A DNA stretch of 64,000 nucleotides, from NCBI GenBank assembly GCA_934167485.1, contig CAKPKL010000002.1, positions 83,027 to 147,026 of the forward strand. The letters are read 5' to 3'. Below are positions 1-8,072 of this stretch, piece by piece. The position numbers and the translations under genes were made by a program. The stretch is from an uncultured Bacilli bacterium (GTDB taxonomy: Bacteria > Bacillota_I > Bacilli_A > RF39 > UBA660). Position 1 is the first letter of the stretch; every line of letters begins with the position of its first letter. The notes under the pieces are model-generated. The model saw only the letters and a program-made list of their open reading frames with translations. It was not told where the DNA came from and searched no databases.

Positions 1-480
1 TATTTTAGCAATTTCTACGGCATTAATACTATTACTATCCCAACCACTTCTAATTTTAACTGTAACTGGTATTGGCACTGATTCTACTACAGCATGTACT
101 ATTTCATATACTTTATTTGGATCCTTTAAAAGTGCACTACCAGCTTGAGCACCCATAGCCACCTTAGGTACAGGGCATCCCATATTTATATCTATAATAT
201 CTGGATGCATATTTTCATATATGTATTTAGCTGAGTATACAAAAGAATCCTTGTCACTACCAAAAATTTGTTGACTTATAGGTCTTTCAAAATCAGTCAT
301 ATAAAGCATATCACAAGTTTTTTTATTACCATACATTATTGCCTTATCACTTACCATTTCGGCAACTATAAGACCTGCTCCCATCTCTTTTATAATAGTT
401 CTATATGCACTATTTGAAATACCAGCCATAGGCGCTAAAACAACTCTGTTTTTTAATTCTACATCTCCTATTTTAAACAT
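1..480 (-). CDS. dus: tRNA-dihydrouridine synthase, N-terminal part (gene runs off the left edge)
   Basis: Not in the ORF track because no stop lies in the window. Manual translation from the ATG at 480-478 gives MFKIGDVELKNRVVLAPMAGISNSAYRTIIKEMGAGLIVAEMVS..., a typical Dus-family N-terminus. Confidence 0.8.
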   Translation of the reverse strand, partial: MFKIGDVELKNRVVLAPMAGISNSAYRTIIKEMGAGLIVAEMVSDKAIMYGNKKTCDMLYMTDFERPISQQIFGSDKDSFVYSAKYIYENMHPDIIDINMGCPVPKVAMGAQAGSALLKDPNKVYEIVHAVVESVPIPVTVKIRSGWDSNSINAVEIAKI

Positions 481-525
481 CAAATCACCTATTTTAATTA
501 TATCATATTACAAAAAAAAAGTTAA

Positions 526-771
526 TTAAATTAACTTATCTATATCCTTAGGAACATTATCATTTACAACAGTTTTAATTATTTTATCTTCTTGTTCTTT
601 TGATACATCTCTACCAGTCATTTTACTTAGCGTTTGAATAACTTCCCTTAATGTCCCCTCATTTTTTAAATCATTTTGTTGTAGTTTTTTAGCTAAATCA
701 AGAATAGTATTTTTATCTACATTAGTTTTTTTCTCTACTCTATTAAAGAAAGAATCTGAAAATCCCATCAA
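526..771 (-). CDS. spoVIF: stage VI sporulation protein F-like small protein
   Basis: 81 aa. The pattern FFNRVEKKTNV...LAKKLQ...LKNEGTLREVIQ...VSKEQEDKII matches my recollection of B. subtilis SpoVIF/YjcC. Confidence 0.65.
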   Translation of the reverse strand: MMGFSDSFFNRVEKKTNVDKNTILDLAKKLQQNDLKNEGTLREVIQTLSKMTGRDVSKEQEDKIIKTVVNDNVPKDIDKLI

Positions 772-802
772 AAAACCTCCTACAATAGTTTATGTTTAAT
801 GT

Positions 803-2101
803 TTAATTTTGACACTCCGCAGATAAAATAAAACCAATTATTATAAAATAGATAGGAGTGGTTGTAAGCATATTTATATTAGAAAACCCTTGAATAGAAA
901 ATGCAACGAATGCAAAAAATAAAATTTTATTTTTTTGTTTTAATCCTTTAAAAAATGTTATAGCAAGTAAAATTATAAAAGGTATTACACCCAATATTCC
1001 ACTAGATACAAGAGCATTTAAATACATATTATGAGTATTATCAACTATAACATTACCTCTTAAAGCATTCTTACTTACAGCACTATTAGTTATAGAGAAT
1101 ACTACTGATTCTTTTGGTTTATTAGGATAAGCCAAATATAAATTATCATACCCTACACCAAGCACTGGATATTTTTTAACAATTTTTAAAGAATTCTTCC
1201 ATATATCAATTCTTCCGTTGTCTATAGATTTACAGTTTTTCTTAATATCACATATTTCACATCTAAATGTAGAATTATTTTTAATATTAACTTTAAAAAC
1301 ATCAACTAATAAATAATTTAGACTAAGTGTCATAACACAAGTAACAATTAAAATAAATAATAATTTTAAATATTTTTTTACTTTTATTTTATTAAAACAT
1401 AAAATCAATATTAATATATAAACAAGTACATAAGTTAAAAGAGGTCCTGTAGATTGACAATTTACTAAAGAAATAAAAAATAGAATAATTAAACTTATAT
1501 TTTTTTTGTTTTCAATTAAATATTCATAAGTAACTATACTTAAAACAGTTACTATATAACTTCCAAAGAAATTAGGATTTCCAAGTATACCACAAGCCAT
1601 ATTTGTATCTAATCCATATCCTATTATAAAACTAAAAGGCATATATATTTGAAATAAAGCATATATTGAATTTATTACTGAAATAATTATTAAAAGTTTA
1701 ATAAACCTAGAAATATCTAGTTTATTTCCATATCTAATCCAATTTACAACTAATAAAAAGTATGTAAATAAAGTTAAAAAACCACCATGTCTATAATCTT
1801 TACCAAATATTGATATATTTTTATTTATAGAAAACATGCATACTAAAATTCCTATTAAAATAAACAAAAAGAATATATAATCATAGTAATTTAATTTTTT
1901 TGTTTTTATTATATTATATACATAAGTGTATAGCAAGAAAGGTATGCTTATATATAGTATTATAGCTATATTTATAGAATCATAGTTATTAATTACATTA
2001 TAGTATTGTAAATAAAAAGATAATATTCTAAGAAATGGGATTATTAATAATATACAAAGTGTAAAAATTGTTAATACTTTTTTTGCATCTATGTTCTTCA
2101 T
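803..2101 (-). CDS. O-antigen ligase / Wzy_C-family polytopic membrane protein
   Basis: 432 aa with about 10-12 hydrophobic segments. Large loop carries RIDIWKNSLKI..PVLGVGYDN, typical of O-antigen ligase-like proteins. Confidence 0.6.
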   Translation of the reverse strand: MKNIDAKKVLTIFTLCILLIIPFLRILSFYLQYYNVINNYDSINIAIILYISIPFLLYTYVYNIIKTKKLNYYDYIFFLFILIGILVCMFSINKNISIFGKDYRHGGFLTLFTYFLLVVNWIRYGNKLDISRFIKLLIIISVINSIYALFQIYMPFSFIIGYGLDTNMACGILGNPNFFGSYIVTVLSIVTYEYLIENKKNISLIILFFISLVNCQSTGPLLTYVLVYILILILCFNKIKVKKYLKLLFILIVTCVMTLSLNYLLVDVFKVNIKNNSTFRCEICDIKKNCKSIDNGRIDIWKNSLKIVKKYPVLGVGYDNLYLAYPNKPKESVVFSITNSAVSKNALRGNVIVDNTHNMYLNALVSSGILGVIPFIILLAITFFKGLKQKNKILFFAFVAFSIQGFSNINMLTTTPIYFIIIGFILSAECQN

Positions 2102-2145
2102 ATTATCACCATTATAATTTTATCATAAACAAAAAAAGAAAACAA

Positions 2146-3459
2146 TTATTGTTCTCCTTTACTTTTAAAATTAATTACAATTGGTGTTCCACTAAAGTCA
2201 AAAGCTTCTCTTATTTTATTTTCTAAATATCTTTTATAAGAAAAGTGTACTAAACCTTTACTATTTACTTGAATATTAAATGTTGGTGGTGCACTTTTTA
2301 CCTGAGATGTAAAATAAATTTTAAGTCTTTTTCCCTTATAACTAGGTGGTATATTTAATTCATAAGCATCCATTATAACTTTATTTAAAACACTAGTTTT
2401 TATCTCTTTTTTACTATTTTCATAAGCTTGTAATATTTCTGGCATTAATGTATGTATTCTTTTCTTTGTTTTAGCACTTAAAAATACTACCTTAGCATAA
2501 TCTATAAAAGCAAAATTAGCTTCAATATCTTGTTTCCACTTTTTAATAGCCATATCTTTATCTTCTATTAAATCCCATTTATTTACAACTATAACAACTG
2601 CTTTACCAGCATCTATAGCATATCCTGCTATATGTTTATCATGTTCTATAATACCTTCTTCTGCATTAATAACAATAACACATACATCAGATCTATCTAT
2701 AGCTTTTAAACTTCTAAGTAAACTATACTTCTCAACATTTTCGTATACTTTACCCCTTTTTCTCATACCAGCTGTATCTATAACTACATACTTTTCATTG
2801 TTATAATTAAATTCTGTATCTATAGCATCTCTAGTAGTTCCAGCTATATTTGACACTATTACCCTATCTTCATTAAGTAACGCATTTACTAAACTACTTT
2901 TACCTACATTAGGTCTTCCTATTATAGAAAATTTTACTTTAGTATCATCTTCATCATCTTCAAATTTAGGAAAATTAGATGTAATAATATCTAATAGATC
3001 ACTTATTCCATCACCTTGTTCTCCACTTACTTTAATAAGTTTATCAAATCCTAATTCATAAAACTCATATTCTGTTTCCTTAATTTTTTTACTATCACAT
3101 TTGTTTATGGCAACTATTACTTTATCACTTACTTTCATAAGCATATCACGAACTAAGAAGTCATCACTAGTTAATCCTTCCTTACCATCTACCACAAACA
3201 CAACAATATCAGCTTCATCTATAGCAAGACTTGCTTGCATTTTTATTTCATTATTAAAATCAGCTGTACCACTTTCAATACCACCTGTATCTATAAGATG
3301 AAATTTATAATTGTAATAAGAAACATCACCATACACTCTATCACGAGTTATACCTGGAGTATCTTCAATTATAGATATTTTTCTCCCTACTAATTTATTA
3401 AATATTGTACTTTTACCTACATTAGGTTTTCCTACAAGGGCAACTACCGGCTTTCTCAT
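2146..3459 (-). CDS. der: ribosome-associated GTPase Der/EngA (tandem GTPase domains plus KH-like domain)
   Basis: Two P-loops (GKPNVGKST, GRPNVGKSS), DTGG/DTAG and NKxD motifs, 437 aa. Confidence 0.95.
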   Translation of the reverse strand: MRKPVVALVGKPNVGKSTIFNKLVGRKISIIEDTPGITRDRVYGDVSYYNYKFHLIDTGGIESGTADFNNEIKMQASLAIDEADIVVFVVDGKEGLTSDDFLVRDMLMKVSDKVIVAINKCDSKKIKETEYEFYELGFDKLIKVSGEQGDGISDLLDIITSNFPKFEDDEDDTKVKFSIIGRPNVGKSSLVNALLNEDRVIVSNIAGTTRDAIDTEFNYNNEKYVVIDTAGMRKRGKVYENVEKYSLLRSLKAIDRSDVCVIVINAEEGIIEHDKHIAGYAIDAGKAVVIVVNKWDLIEDKDMAIKKWKQDIEANFAFIDYAKVVFLSAKTKKRIHTLMPEILQAYENSKKEIKTSVLNKVIMDAYELNIPPSYKGKRLKIYFTSQVKSAPPTFNIQVNSKGLVHFSYKRYLENKIREAFDFSGTPIVINFKSKGEQ

Positions 3460-3502
3460 ACTATCTTCCCTCTTTCAACGTTGATATTATACCATAATTT
3501 TT

Positions 3503-3534
3503 ACAAAATAAAAAGTTTGAATTAATCAAACTTT
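3503..3534 (-). terminator. rho-independent terminator after the pilin gene
   Basis: Minus-strand hairpin AAAGTTTGA-TTAAT-TCAAACTTT (3512-3534) followed by TTATTTTG. Confidence 0.6.
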
Positions 3535-3549
3535 CTAAATGTTACAATT

Positions 3550-3933
3550 TTAAGCTCCAGCAACTATTTCCATTGTTGATGTAGTTGCATTTTCACCAAC
3601 ATTACAACTAACTGATAAATTATTATTTGTAGTAGTAACTGTACAAGTAACATTATCATCTGTTGTTATTTCATCATCATTCCATTTAGCATTATCCATT
3701 TTGAATGCACTTTTTACTTTATCTAAAGTAGGTGCTGAACCGTCAGCCATAAATGCTGTACTATAAGCTAATTCAACAGATTGAATTACAAGTTCTGCAC
3801 TACGCTTTTTAGCATTATTTCTTGCATCCTCTATTATACCTAATACGATTGGTGTTGCAATTAATGCGATGATTGCTAAAATAACAATTACAGCTAATAA
3901 CTCTATCAAAGTAAAACCTTTTTTACTTTTCAT
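3550..3933 (-). CDS. type IV pilin / pseudopilin (prepilin N-terminal cleavage-methylation domain), Ser/Thr-rich C-terminus
   Basis: MKSKKG/FTLIELLAVIVILAIIALIATPIVL. Class-III signal with G-1, F+1 and E+5. 127 aa. Confidence 0.85.
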   Translation of the reverse strand: MKSKKGFTLIELLAVIVILAIIALIATPIVLGIIEDARNNAKKRSAELVIQSVELAYSTAFMADGSAPTLDKVKSAFKMDNAKWNDDEITTDDNVTCTVTTTNNNLSVSCNVGENATTSTMEIVAGA

Positions 3934-3977
3934 ATTTTCACCACCTTACCTTTTCTATAAACAAAGTATATCATACT

Positions 3978-4997
3978 TTAATTTGTTTTGTCAACATTAT
4001 TAATTGATTTATTTATCGAATTTGCAATAATTAATGATAATTTGTCAATAACAAAATCTATTTCTTTTGGAGTAACCATTAAATTATATCCAATAGGATT
4101 TAATACTTCATATATTAGTTTTTCAAGTTCTTCTTCATTTAATGTGCCTATTAATCCAAGCAATGCCTTTTTATCGTCTACATTTTCTTTTATTTTTTTA
4201 TTTAAATAGTTTACATTATTAAATGTCAATTTGCTTTTTGGATCCTTCATATATTCTTTATTAAATGCATAATTTTTATATATAAAGTTTATTGTATCTC
4301 TTACTATTACAGTAGCATCTACAACCGTTGGAACTCCTATTGCATAAACTGGTATACCTATTGTATCTAAACTTATTTCTTTTCTTTTATTACCTATACC
4401 ACTTCCTGGATGTATTCCTGTATCTGTTATTTGAATAGTTTTATTTAATCGTTCTATTGATTTACTTGCAAGTGAATCTATTACTACTAAATAATCTGGT
4501 TTTATTTTATTTACAATAGATTCAATTATATCACTAGTTTCTATACCTGTCTGCCCCATTACTCCTGGATTTATAGCAGCTACCCTATTATATCCTTCAC
4601 TTAAGTTATCCAATAAATATATATGATTTGTTACTACTATATTATTTATTACAAGTGGTCCTAATGAATCAGGAGTAGATTTATCATTACCAAGTCCAAC
4701 AATAAGTCCTAGAGAATTCTTTTTTACTTTTAGTATTTTTCTTAATATATTAGTTAAAACATTCGTTACATTATCTTTATTATCTCTATCTGTAACATCT
4801 TCAAATTCTAATGTTATATATTTACCTTTTTTTCTATTTAATTCATTATTTTTACTTAATGTAACATCAGTAATTTTAATATTATTAATATTCTTTACTT
4901 TATATTTAACACCTTTTAAAGACTCTTTTTCCTCTACCTCATCTATAGCTAAATCTGTTCTTAGTTGATATTTTTCTAAATCTACTTCTTTATTCAT
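3978..4997 (-). CDS. gpr: germination protease (GPR endopeptidase)
   Basis: 339 aa. N-terminal YQLRTDLAIDE, LGNDKSTPDSLGP and GIHPGSGIGNKR motifs typical of spore GPR. Confidence 0.9.
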   Translation of the reverse strand: MNKEVDLEKYQLRTDLAIDEVEEKESLKGVKYKVKNINNIKITDVTLSKNNELNRKKGKYITLEFEDVTDRDNKDNVTNVLTNILRKILKVKKNSLGLIVGLGNDKSTPDSLGPLVINNIVVTNHIYLLDNLSEGYNRVAAINPGVMGQTGIETSDIIESIVNKIKPDYLVVIDSLASKSIERLNKTIQITDTGIHPGSGIGNKRKEISLDTIGIPVYAIGVPTVVDATVIVRDTINFIYKNYAFNKEYMKDPKSKLTFNNVNYLNKKIKENVDDKKALLGLIGTLNEEELEKLIYEVLNPIGYNLMVTPKEIDFVIDKLSLIIANSINKSINNVDKTN

Positions 4998-5095
4998 ACA
5001 ATCACCACTATTATTTTTAACAAATTTCTTTATTTTATTGCATTTTTTACATTTTTTTGTTAAAATATGAGTATATGTGACTTGGAGGTGAATTT

Positions 5096-5359
5096 ATGCC
5101 AAATTTAAAGAATGCTAAAAAAAGAGTTTTAGTTAATGTTAAAAAAGAAAAAGTTAATAATGAATTTACTGCTAGTATGAAAACAGCTATTAAAAATGTA
5201 GAAAGAGCTGTTGCTTCTAAAGATAAAGAAAAAGCTAACGATAAATTAAAAACTGCTATCAAAGCTATAGATAAAGCTACTCAAAAAGGAGTAACTTCTA
5301 AAAACACAAGTGCTAGAAACAAATCTAGATTAAGTAAAAAAGTTAATTCTATGGAGTAA
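5096..5359 (+). CDS. rpsT: 30S ribosomal protein S20
   Basis: MPNLKNAKKRVLVN..., 87 aa, SD GGAGGTG 6 nt upstream. Confidence 0.95.
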   Translation: MPNLKNAKKRVLVNVKKEKVNNEFTASMKTAIKNVERAVASKDKEKANDKLKTAIKAIDKATQKGVTSKNTSARNKSRLSKKVNSME

Positions 5360-5380
5360 TTTACTCCTTTTTATTTTATT
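5353..5380 (+). terminator. rho-independent terminator of rpsT
   Basis: GGAGT-AATTT-ACTCC followed by TTTTTATTTTATT. The hairpin overlaps the stop codon. Confidence 0.6.
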
Positions 5381-5457
5381 TGTAAATATTTATACAAGTT
5401 ATTGTTTTTTTGTGGCATAAAAATTTCTTGTATGATATAATTATGCTAGGTGATACT

Positions 5458-6339
5458 ATGAAAGATCTTTTTAAAATATTTTTTTTACTTTCTTTATTAG
5501 TAGTAGTATATATTTTTAGAGATAATATTTCTGGTTTTATAAATGATGAAATTATTTATAAAGGAAGTAATAAGGTCTTAACATATAATGAATACTATTT
5601 AAAAAATGATTTTGCTTTTGTACAAAATACAGATTCAAACTCAGCTAATAGTTATCAAGAGGTTTTAAATATGTTTTATAGTATTATAAATAGTGGAGAT
5701 GATAGTTATTCATTTTCTTGTAATTATGATAAATGCATAGATGATGTAAAAAAACTTATCGCAGAACAAAATATAATAGCCAATATTAATAATTTTGTTC
5801 ATCCATATAATTCTTTTTCTAGTATAAATATTGATGTAGAAACTAGTGGTAAAGTTACTGTAAAAATTAAAAAAGTTTATAGTGATGGAGAAATAACTTT
5901 TATTAATAAATATATTGATACTTTTATAAATAATAATTTAAATGATTCTATGAGCAATTATGATAAAATAAAAGTGTTTCATGATTTTGTTATAAACAAT
6001 ACAATATATGATGAAGCCAACACATTAAATTCATATACTGCTTATAATTTAATAACTACAGGTAAATCTATTTGTGGTGGATACAGTGATATCATGGCAA
6101 TATATCTTGATAAATTAGGAATAACTAATTATAAAATAACTTCAGAAAATCATATATGGAATTTAATTAATTTAGATGGAACTTGGTATCATTTAGATGC
6201 TACTTGGGATGATCCAGTTGCTAGCGATGGAAAACAATATTTAATACATAATTTCTTTATGATATCAACAGAACAATTACTTTCACTTGATCAAGTAGAA
6301 CACAATTATGATAAAAATATTTATTTAGAAGCAAATTAA
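5458..6339 (+). CDS. secreted/anchored transglutaminase-like cysteine protease domain protein
   Basis: Start moved to MKDLFKIFF (AGGTGA SD) from the track start at 5410. N-terminal TM. Core motif CGGYSD...HIWN...WYHLDATWDD (Cys-His-Asp transglutaminase core). Confidence 0.7.
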   Translation: MKDLFKIFFLLSLLVVVYIFRDNISGFINDEIIYKGSNKVLTYNEYYLKNDFAFVQNTDSNSANSYQEVLNMFYSIINSGDDSYSFSCNYDKCIDDVKKLIAEQNIIANINNFVHPYNSFSSINIDVETSGKVTVKIKKVYSDGEITFINKYIDTFINNNLNDSMSNYDKIKVFHDFVINNTIYDEANTLNSYTAYNLITTGKSICGGYSDIMAIYLDKLGITNYKITSENHIWNLINLDGTWYHLDATWDDPVASDGKQYLIHNFFMISTEQLLSLDQVEHNYDKNIYLEAN

Positions 6340-6367
6340 ATCTACACTTTTCGTGTAGATTTTTTTA
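6340..6367. terminator. hairpin terminator between convergent genes
   Basis: ATCTACAC-TTTTC-GTGTAGAT followed by TTTTTT on the plus strand. The minus-strand side has a weaker T tract. Confidence 0.6.
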
Positions 6368-6374
6368 ATCTAAT

Positions 6375-7835
6375 TTATTTATAATATTGAATTTCCAACT
6401 TACTAGATTTTACTGTTGTATTTACACTTATTATACTTGTATCTTTATTTATTGAAAGTTTTGGTAAATCTATTTTTTCTTCTATTGGAGTTTCTAAAAC
6501 ATAATCAACACTCAATGGATTTCCTGATAAATATTTTTCTTGAAGCCAAGAACTTAATCCATCTAAAGATGCAAAAAGGGTATTATCACTATTATCAAAT
6601 ATATACATTCGTCTAGAAGGAAGATCCACCATAAATCTAATAGATGGACGCAGTTTAGTTTGGGATATATTAATTTGAAAATAATTACAAATCAATAAGT
6701 CATACTTTTTTATTGCATCAAGGGATTCTATAAAATAAGCATAATCATAACTAGGATATTTATACCACTTTTCATCACCATTGAACTTTACATTTTTTAC
6801 CATTCTTATTACTTTTTTATTTCTAAAATCTATATAATCAGAATATTCTCCTACTTTTCTTAATGGCTCGTCTAAATATATATTTGTTATTGTCTCTTTA
6901 TATGGTTCATATTCAGTTGCTTTATCTCCATATTCTAATTGTATATCTTTTATTTTTATATTTAGATTTCCATAATCACCTTGCTCTCCTCCACCTTGCG
7001 TATTAACAGCAAAATTTGATGAAGTTGGTATTGTTATTTTATAAATTTCTCTCTCCCAAATTTTATAATCGCTTAATGTAGGAAAATTTCTATAATTTAT
7101 TCCATTTATAATATCCCTTAATCCTAAAGTTACTACTTTATTTCCAGATTCTTTATCAGCCATAAAATTTGCTTGAATTGTATAAACTCCCTCATTTAAA
7201 AACATCTTAGAATCGTACAATAAAACTGTGGCACCATACGCACCAACATTAGATGTTATAATTCCATTATCAATCGAATTATTTTCGGTAGCATCCATTT
7301 CATAATCAGCTTTTTTAAATGAATTTATTTTTGAAATATCAAATAAATTTTTTCCAGTTACTTTTATTGGTATTACATATTTTCCTACATTATTACATGC
7401 ATCTGATCCATAATTTAAACAATTATCGAGTGTTATTAGGTCTCCTACACTTTCTACCTCTACTGGTGTATCTGGGGTTGGTGTTCCATTCTGTATACTA
7501 TTTCCATATATTCTATAATTCTCTATTTCTGTTGTTTTATTGTTATCTATTAATATATTTGTTCCGTTTACTGTTATAAGTCCTGCATTATTGCATGTAA
7601 ATTTATTATTTTCTTTTATACAGTTATATCCTTTTATTATGATATTTTCAAATGTTACGCCATCTTCATTTACTATTATTCTTCCTCTATCTGGCATGTC
7701 TCCTTTTACATTTAATGTCTTACCATTATATGTGCATTTTCCATCATAACAATTATATATAATTTCTTCTTGTTCTTTTCCATCTAATACTAAATCTGAA
7801 TATTCTAACAAAGCTGCTTTCTCTATATTTTTCAT
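6375..7835 (-). CDS. C-terminal 486 aa of a large pilin-fusion protein; the frame is open upstream to 7985 and encodes a prepilin N-terminus, so the true gene is 6375..7999 interrupted at a poly-G tract
   Basis: No SD precedes the ATG at 7835. The same frame upstream reads VTYSKG/FTLIELLAVIVILAIIALIATPIVLDIIDSVKQSSTEAT. See the repeat at 7970-7980. Confidence 0.6.
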   Translation of the reverse strand: MKNIEKAALLEYSDLVLDGKEQEEIIYNCYDGKCTYNGKTLNVKGDMPDRGRIIVNEDGVTFENIIIKGYNCIKENNKFTCNNAGLITVNGTNILIDNNKTTEIENYRIYGNSIQNGTPTPDTPVEVESVGDLITLDNCLNYGSDACNNVGKYVIPIKVTGKNLFDISKINSFKKADYEMDATENNSIDNGIITSNVGAYGATVLLYDSKMFLNEGVYTIQANFMADKESGNKVVTLGLRDIINGINYRNFPTLSDYKIWEREIYKITIPTSSNFAVNTQGGGEQGDYGNLNIKIKDIQLEYGDKATEYEPYKETITNIYLDEPLRKVGEYSDYIDFRNKKVIRMVKNVKFNGDEKWYKYPSYDYAYFIESLDAIKKYDLLICNYFQINISQTKLRPSIRFMVDLPSRRMYIFDNSDNTLFASLDGLSSWLQEKYLSGNPLSVDYVLETPIEEKIDLPKLSINKDTSIISVNTTVKSSKLEIQYYK

Positions 7836-7966
7836 TGTTGCTTCTGTTGATGATTGTTTTACTGAATCTATTATATCTAATACTATTGGAGTTGCAATTA
7901 ATGCGATAATTGCGAGTATTACTATAACTGCTAAAAGTTCTATTAGGGTAAATCCTTTACTATAGG

Positions 7967-7999
7967 TTACCCCCCCCCCCAGGCCTTATTTTTATTCAT
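7967..7999 (-). other. orphaned translation start of the pilin-fusion gene (ATG plus 9 codons, then TAA)
   Basis: ATG at 7999-7997 with SD GAGGG 7 nt upstream. Reads MNKNKAWGGG-stop in the current tract length. Confidence 0.6.
7970..7980 (-). repeat. homopolymeric tract: 11 C on the plus strand, 11 G in the coding sense
   Basis: Counted directly. It is the only long G/C run I saw in this AT-rich window. Confidence 0.95.
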
Positions 8000-8033
8000 A
8001 TTTTTACCCTCTTTCTTATTTTTAACTATATTA

Positions 8034-8042
8034 ATTATAACA
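8034..8042 (-). promoter_or_regulatory. extended -10 element (TGTTATAAT) upstream of the pilin-fusion gene
   Basis: The reverse complement of 8034-8042 is TGTTATAAT, 35 nt upstream of the ATG at 7999. Confidence 0.4.
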
Positions 8043-8049
8043 AAAAGAG

Positions 8050-8072
8050 ATTGAATAATCAATCACTTTCAT
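8050..8072. repeat. 23-bp direct repeat, copy 1 (ATTGAATAATCAATCACTTTCAT)
   Basis: Exact match to 9641-9663. It supplies the last three codons (ESD) and the TGA stop of the 492-aa pilin-like gene. Confidence 0.9.

Noticed and set aside
5047-5262. 71-aa minus-strand ORF opposite rpsT.
   Set aside because: It is antisense to a highly conserved ribosomal protein gene and has a hydrophobic low-complexity translation.
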